The position numbers were made by a program, and so were the translations under genes. Of a stretch of DNA of 64,000 bases, positions 60,193-64,000 are shown one piece after another. This stretch comes from Acidobacteria bacterium bin61 (GTDB taxonomy: Bacteria; Acidobacteriota; Vicinamibacteria; Marinacidobacterales; Marinacidobacteraceae): contig MPMW01000002.1 in assembly GCA_002238705.1 (NCBI GenBank), forward strand, positions 462 to 64,461, read 5' to 3'. Position 1 is the first letter of the stretch. Every line of letters begins with the position of its first letter. A model generated the notes under the pieces. That model saw only the letters and a program-made list of their open reading frames with translations. It ran no database searches and was not told where the DNA came from.

Positions 60193-61961
60193 TCGCGTCT
60201 GCCTCCCGGAGTGATGCCGGGCGGCCCCGTGGGGGAGAGAGCGTCCTGCGCGGTGAGCCCGCGGCGCCCGGAATCTCGGTAGCGCCCACGATCGTTTTCG
60301 AACGGCGCGCCGTTCCCGTTTTTCGGGTGGAAATCAGCAGGCGGGAAATCGGCCGGGAAATCCGCCGGTTCACGAACGCCCGCGACCGGGCCGCGGAACA
60401 ACTCCGCGAGATCCGCGAATCCACCCGGCGCGCGCTGGGTCAGGACCGGGCGTATCTCTTCGAGGCGCAGCGACTCATGCTCGCCGATCCTCTCCTGGTC
60501 GACCGCGTCCAGGAGGTGATCCGTTCGGAACGCGTCAATGCGGAATGGGGTGTCCGGACGGTGCTTCGCGAACTCGAAGCCGTCTTCGACGGGCTTGCGG
60601 ACGATTACCTGCGCCAGCGAAAGGGCGACATCGCGGATGTCGGGGGACGGTTGCTCCAAAACCTGGGTGGAGCCACCCGCCCGTCGCTCGAGCGCTGGGA
60701 ACGCCGGCATGTTGTGGCCGCGGACGATCTGCGTCCTTCCGATACCGCCGAACTGGACTGGACCAAGATCCGGGGAGTCATCATGGAGGCGGGCGGGCCC
60801 ACCTACCACACGGCCATCCTGGCGCGCACCCACGATGTGCCGTGCGTTACGGGGATTCCCGGCCTCCTGGACCACATTCACACGGATCTCCCGGTAGTCG
60901 TGGATGGCTCCGAGGGGATCGTGGTCGTGAATCCGACCCCGGAGACGGTTGCCGAGTATCGAAGGAAGCGGGAGCGGGAACGGGAGCGCCGCCGTCGCCT
61001 GCTGGCCGCGACCGCCTCCCAGGCGCGGACCAGCGACGGCGAGCGGGTCGTGTTGATGGCCAACATGGATGAGCCGGGGGAGATCGAGTTGGTTCGCCGT
61101 AACGGAGCGGAGGGCGTCGGCCTCTTTCGAACGGAGCGGATTGCCGTCCAGGAAATCCCCTCCGAGGAGGAGCAGTTCCGGATCTACCGGGATTTGGCCC
61201 AGGCTCTCGATCCGCATCCGCTGGTAATCCGCGCGTTCGATCTCACGGCGACCGACATCGGCCGAGCGCCGGAACTGAATCCGGCGCTCGGCCTGCGCGG
61301 TGCGCGGTTGCTGGTGATGGCGTCGGGGATATTCGAGACCCAGATTCGGGCCGTCCTGCGGGCGGCCGCATACGGGAAGGTTCAGCTGATGTTCCCGATG
61401 GTGGGCGGGCTCGAAGAGTTCCGGGCCGCGCGGACGCATGTCCGGGCGGCGGTCCGGGCGCTGCGCTACCGGGATGCGCCGTTTCGGGAAGTGCCGGTCG
61501 GCGCCATGCTGGAGGTGCCTTCCGCGGCGGCCACGGCGGATCTGTTGGGGCAGGAGGCAGAGTTCCTCAGCATCGGGACGAACGATCTGATGCAGTATCT
61601 GTTCGGAGTGGATCGCGCGAACGAACGGGTGGCGCACTTCAGCGATCCGCTCCATCCGGCGCTTCTGCGCACGATCCGCTTCGTGACCCGCGTCGCCCGC
61701 CGCAGTGGGCTGCCGCTCGCCGTTTGCGGAGAAGTGGCCGCCGAGCCGCTCATGCTCCCCTTGCTGCTCGGCTTCGGGGTGCGGACGTTCTCGATGAGTC
61801 CCAATGCGATTCCGGAAATGAAACGCCTGATTGCGGCTCAAGACACCCGAAGAGCGGAGGAGATCGCGCAGCAGAGCGTTCGGTTGACCACCTCACGGCG
61901 GGTACGTGCCCGGGTGCTGCGGGCCGAGCGGGAAAGGAGTTCGGGCGGGGAATCGGGATAG
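60189..61961 (+). CDS. ptsI: phosphoenolpyruvate--protein phosphotransferase (PTS Enzyme I)
   Basis: 590 aa. Phospho-His domain (GGPTYHTAILARTHDVPCVTG). PEP-utilising C-terminus (GTNDLMQYLF...CGE). ATG overlaps the HPr stop (ATGA). Confidence 0.9.
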   Translation: MIASASRSDAGRPRGGESVLRGEPAAPGISVAPTIVFERRAVPVFRVEISRREIGREIRRFTNARDRAAEQLREIRESTRRALGQDRAYLFEAQRLMLADPLLVDRVQEVIRSERVNAEWGVRTVLRELEAVFDGLADDYLRQRKGDIADVGGRLLQNLGGATRPSLERWERRHVVAADDLRPSDTAELDWTKIRGVIMEAGGPTYHTAILARTHDVPCVTGIPGLLDHIHTDLPVVVDGSEGIVVVNPTPETVAEYRRKRERERERRRRLLAATASQARTSDGERVVLMANMDEPGEIELVRRNGAEGVGLFRTERIAVQEIPSEEEQFRIYRDLAQALDPHPLVIRAFDLTATDIGRAPELNPALGLRGARLLVMASGIFETQIRAVLRAAAYGKVQLMFPMVGGLEEFRAARTHVRAAVRALRYRDAPFREVPVGAMLEVPSAAATADLLGQEAEFLSIGTNDLMQYLFGVDRANERVAHFSDPLHPALLRTIRFVTRVARRSGLPLAVCGEVAAEPLMLPLLLGFGVRTFSMSPNAIPEMKRLIAAQDTRRAEEIAQQSVRLTTSRRVRARVLRAERERSSGGESG

Positions 61962-62052
61962 CCACCTTCGCTCGGCGGTTCCGGTCCGGCGTCGGGAACC
62001 GGTTCGCGGGAAAAGGGTTCCAAACCCGTTGCGGCGCCCGGCGCCGTACCCC

Positions 62053-64000
62053 TCAGTGAAAGTCCCGGCTGGGAATCTCGGGGGGAGCAACTGTTTTGGA
62101 GATCTCCGGATGGAAGAGCTGGTCCACCACGATGTGGGTGGTGCCCTGTTCCGCCTGAACCCTTCCCGAGACCCCGAGAAATGAAAAGGTCTGGGCCAGA
62201 TGACGGTGTGCTTCGAAGACGTCCGGCCACAAAACGAGATTCACGAACCCGGTTTCGTCTTCAAGGGTCATGAACACCACCCCGGAGGCGGTTCCCGGCC
62301 GTTGCCGGCAAATTACGATCCCCGCGTACCGTGCGCGCGTTCCGTTCCGCAGCTTCGATACCTCACAGGCAGTAGGGAGTCCTGCGGCAGCCAGCCGGCC
62401 GCGGAGCGGCAACAGCGGATGTCCCCGGGTGCTGCTGCCGGTCGTCCGGTGATCCCACGCAATCGTTTCGAAGCTGTCGAGCGGGGCAAAGCCGGGGATG
62501 GCTTCCTCGAGGAGCGGCGGTTCTTTCGGCGCCAGGGCAAGGGTCTGCCAGACGGCTTCGCGGCGGGTTTTCGGCCCCAGGTTCCGGAGCGCGTCCGCCT
62601 CGGCAAGCGCCACCATCGCTTTCCTCCCGAGACCGGTACGGCGCGCCAGGGCGGCGATGGAAGGAAAGGGGGATTCCCGGCGGGCCGCGATGATCTTCTC
62701 TCCATCGGCGGAGCCGAGTCCCTTCACGTAGCGAAGCCCGATGCGAACCCTGGGTTTTGCGGTTTTGGTTGAAAATGTGGAGGCTGGAACCAGAGAACAG
62801 TCCCAGGCGCTTTTCGTCACATCCACCGGAAGAAAGCGCACGCCCCGCCGCTTGGCGTCCTCGATGATCGTTGCCGGGGAATAAAACCCCATCGGCTGCG
62901 CATTCAGCAGCGCACAGGCGAACTCCGCCGGGTAGTGCCGGAGCAAAAACGCGCCGGCATAGCTGATGAGGGCGAAGCTGGCGGCGTGGCTTTCGGGGAA
63001 GCCGTACTCCCCAAATCCCTGAATCTGCTCGAACACCCGTTTGGCGAATTCGGGAGCGATCCCCTTCGCGCACATACGCGAAAGCAGGCGGCCTCGATGC
63101 CGTTCCATGCGTCCCGTGCGCCGCCAGGCAGCCATGTCACGGCGGAGCTGATCGGCTTCGCCGGGGGTGTAGTCGGCAGCAACCACCGCGAGTCGCATGA
63201 CCTGTTCCTGAAAGAGCGGCACCCCGAGGGTCTTCTCCAGAACGGGCCGGAGCGAGGGATGTGGGTATTCCACGGCTTCTTCACCTCGGCGGCGGCGAAG
63301 GTAGGGGTGCACCATGCCCCCGGCGATGGGCCCGGGCCGCACGATGCTCACTTCGATCACCAGGTCGTAGTAGTTCTGCGGTTCGAGCCGCGGCAGCATG
63401 GCCATTTGCGCCCGGCTTTCGATCTGGAAAACCCCGACGGTTGCCGCCTTCCGGATCATTGCGAAGGTTTCGGGATCGTCGGCGGGAATGGTGGCCATGG
63501 ACAATTGGGTGTCCCGGGACTCCTTGAGCAGCCGGAAACAAAGATCCAATTGGGTAAGGGCGCCGAGCCCCAGCAGATCCACCTTGAAAAGCCCCAACTC
63601 CTCGATGTCGTCCTTGTTCCACTGAATGACCGTTCTTCCCTCCATCGCGGCGTTTTCGACCGGCACGATGTGGGACACCGGCTCTTCTCCGAGGAGGAAC
63701 CCGCCGGGATGGATGGAGAGGTGCCGGGGAAATCCCTGGATTTCGTTCGCAAGACGGAGAAAGTGCCGGATCGCCGGACCCTCCGCAGTCCAGCCGGCAG
63801 CGGTCAGGCGGTCGTTTGAAAGTGGTTCGTAGTGGGAGAAGGCGCGGGCCAGTCGATCCACGGCGCGCTCGGAAAATCCAAGCGCCTTGCCCACGTCCCG
63901 GATTGCGGATCGCGTCCGGTAGCAAACGGTGTTGGCCACCATGGCAGCGCGTCCTTCGCCATATCGGCGATACACGAACTGGATGACCTCCTCCCGGCGC
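62053..64000 (-). CDS. dnaE2: error-prone DNA polymerase DnaE2/ImuC, C-terminal ~650 aa (N-terminus beyond the window end)
   Basis: Pol III alpha-like fingers/thumb/OB regions (GFYSPATIIEDAKRRGVRFLPVDV..., LFQEQVMRLAVVAAD...). Stop at 62053. The ORF is open to the window edge. Confidence 0.85.
   Translation of the reverse strand, partial: RREEVIQFVYRRYGEGRAAMVANTVCYRTRSAIRDVGKALGFSERAVDRLARAFSHYEPLSNDRLTAAGWTAEGPAIRHFLRLANEIQGFPRHLSIHPGGFLLGEEPVSHIVPVENAAMEGRTVIQWNKDDIEELGLFKVDLLGLGALTQLDLCFRLLKESRDTQLSMATIPADDPETFAMIRKAATVGVFQIESRAQMAMLPRLEPQNYYDLVIEVSIVRPGPIAGGMVHPYLRRRRGEEAVEYPHPSLRPVLEKTLGVPLFQEQVMRLAVVAADYTPGEADQLRRDMAAWRRTGRMERHRGRLLSRMCAKGIAPEFAKRVFEQIQGFGEYGFPESHAASFALISYAGAFLLRHYPAEFACALLNAQPMGFYSPATIIEDAKRRGVRFLPVDVTKSAWDCSLVPASTFSTKTAKPRVRIGLRYVKGLGSADGEKIIAARRESPFPSIAALARRTGLGRKAMVALAEADALRNLGPKTRREAVWQTLALAPKEPPLLEEAIPGFAPLDSFETIAWDHRTTGSSTRGHPLLPLRGRLAAAGLPTACEVSKLRNGTRARYAGIVICRQRPGTASGVVFMTLEDETGFVNLVLWPDVFEAHRHLAQTFSFLGVSGRVQAEQGTTHIVVDQLFHPEISKTVAPPEIPSRDFH

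Overview
This is a high-GC (~70%) chromosomal window from a Gram-negative bacterium, carrying BamD, Lpt proteins and sigma-54. It is densely packed with housekeeping genes on both strands.

Main gene groups, in order:
- Start of window: a YhhQ-like C-terminal fragment and a Ser/Thr kinase–recX–alaS cluster.
- rsmE, prmA, and grpE–dnaJ with no dnaK between them.
- A lipoate-ligase-family gene, ald and a bactofilin.
- tRNA-Gly(CCC), manB/manC-like genes and pgsA.
- A def–fmt–GDPD–rsmB–PASTA–rpe–thioesterase–bamD string.
- A DUF3500–copA pair and a 976-aa DUF349/HEAT protein.
- An MFS–alpha/beta-hydrolase–gdh–CDP-alcohol-transferase cluster with ATGA start/stop overlaps.
- A TAXI-TRAP transporter, mutS, tsaB and psd–pssA.
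- A 1317-aa orphan sensor histidine kinase with an overlapped NTF2-like secreted protein.
- A PQQ beta-propeller protein, guaA, dnaE and accA.
- A 719-aa membrane-anchored LptC/LptA-like protein followed by lptB–rpoN.
- A PTS EIIA(Man-type)–HPr–EI set.
- The C-terminal part of dnaE2, running off the window end.

Nothing here looks like a recognisable defence island or CRISPR array. The most striking unexplained signal is a MITE-like repeat family (about 180–390 bp, imperfect terminal inverted repeats, a conserved hairpin core with compensatory changes). It is present in five full copies plus one fragment. The copies sit exactly in intergenic gaps and often abut stop codons.

Other oddities:
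- G-rich low-complexity runs break the reading frames of the lipoate ligase gene and of guaA. These are probably sequencing or assembly artefacts.
- A eukaryotic-like kinase with a zinc ribbon sits where recA normally lies.
- A stand-alone PASTA protein sits where the PASTA kinase PknB/PrkC lies in Firmicutes.
- There are three CDP-alcohol phosphatidyltransferase paralogs.

All calls rest on reading the six-frame translations and the nucleotide sequence by eye. No database searches were run.
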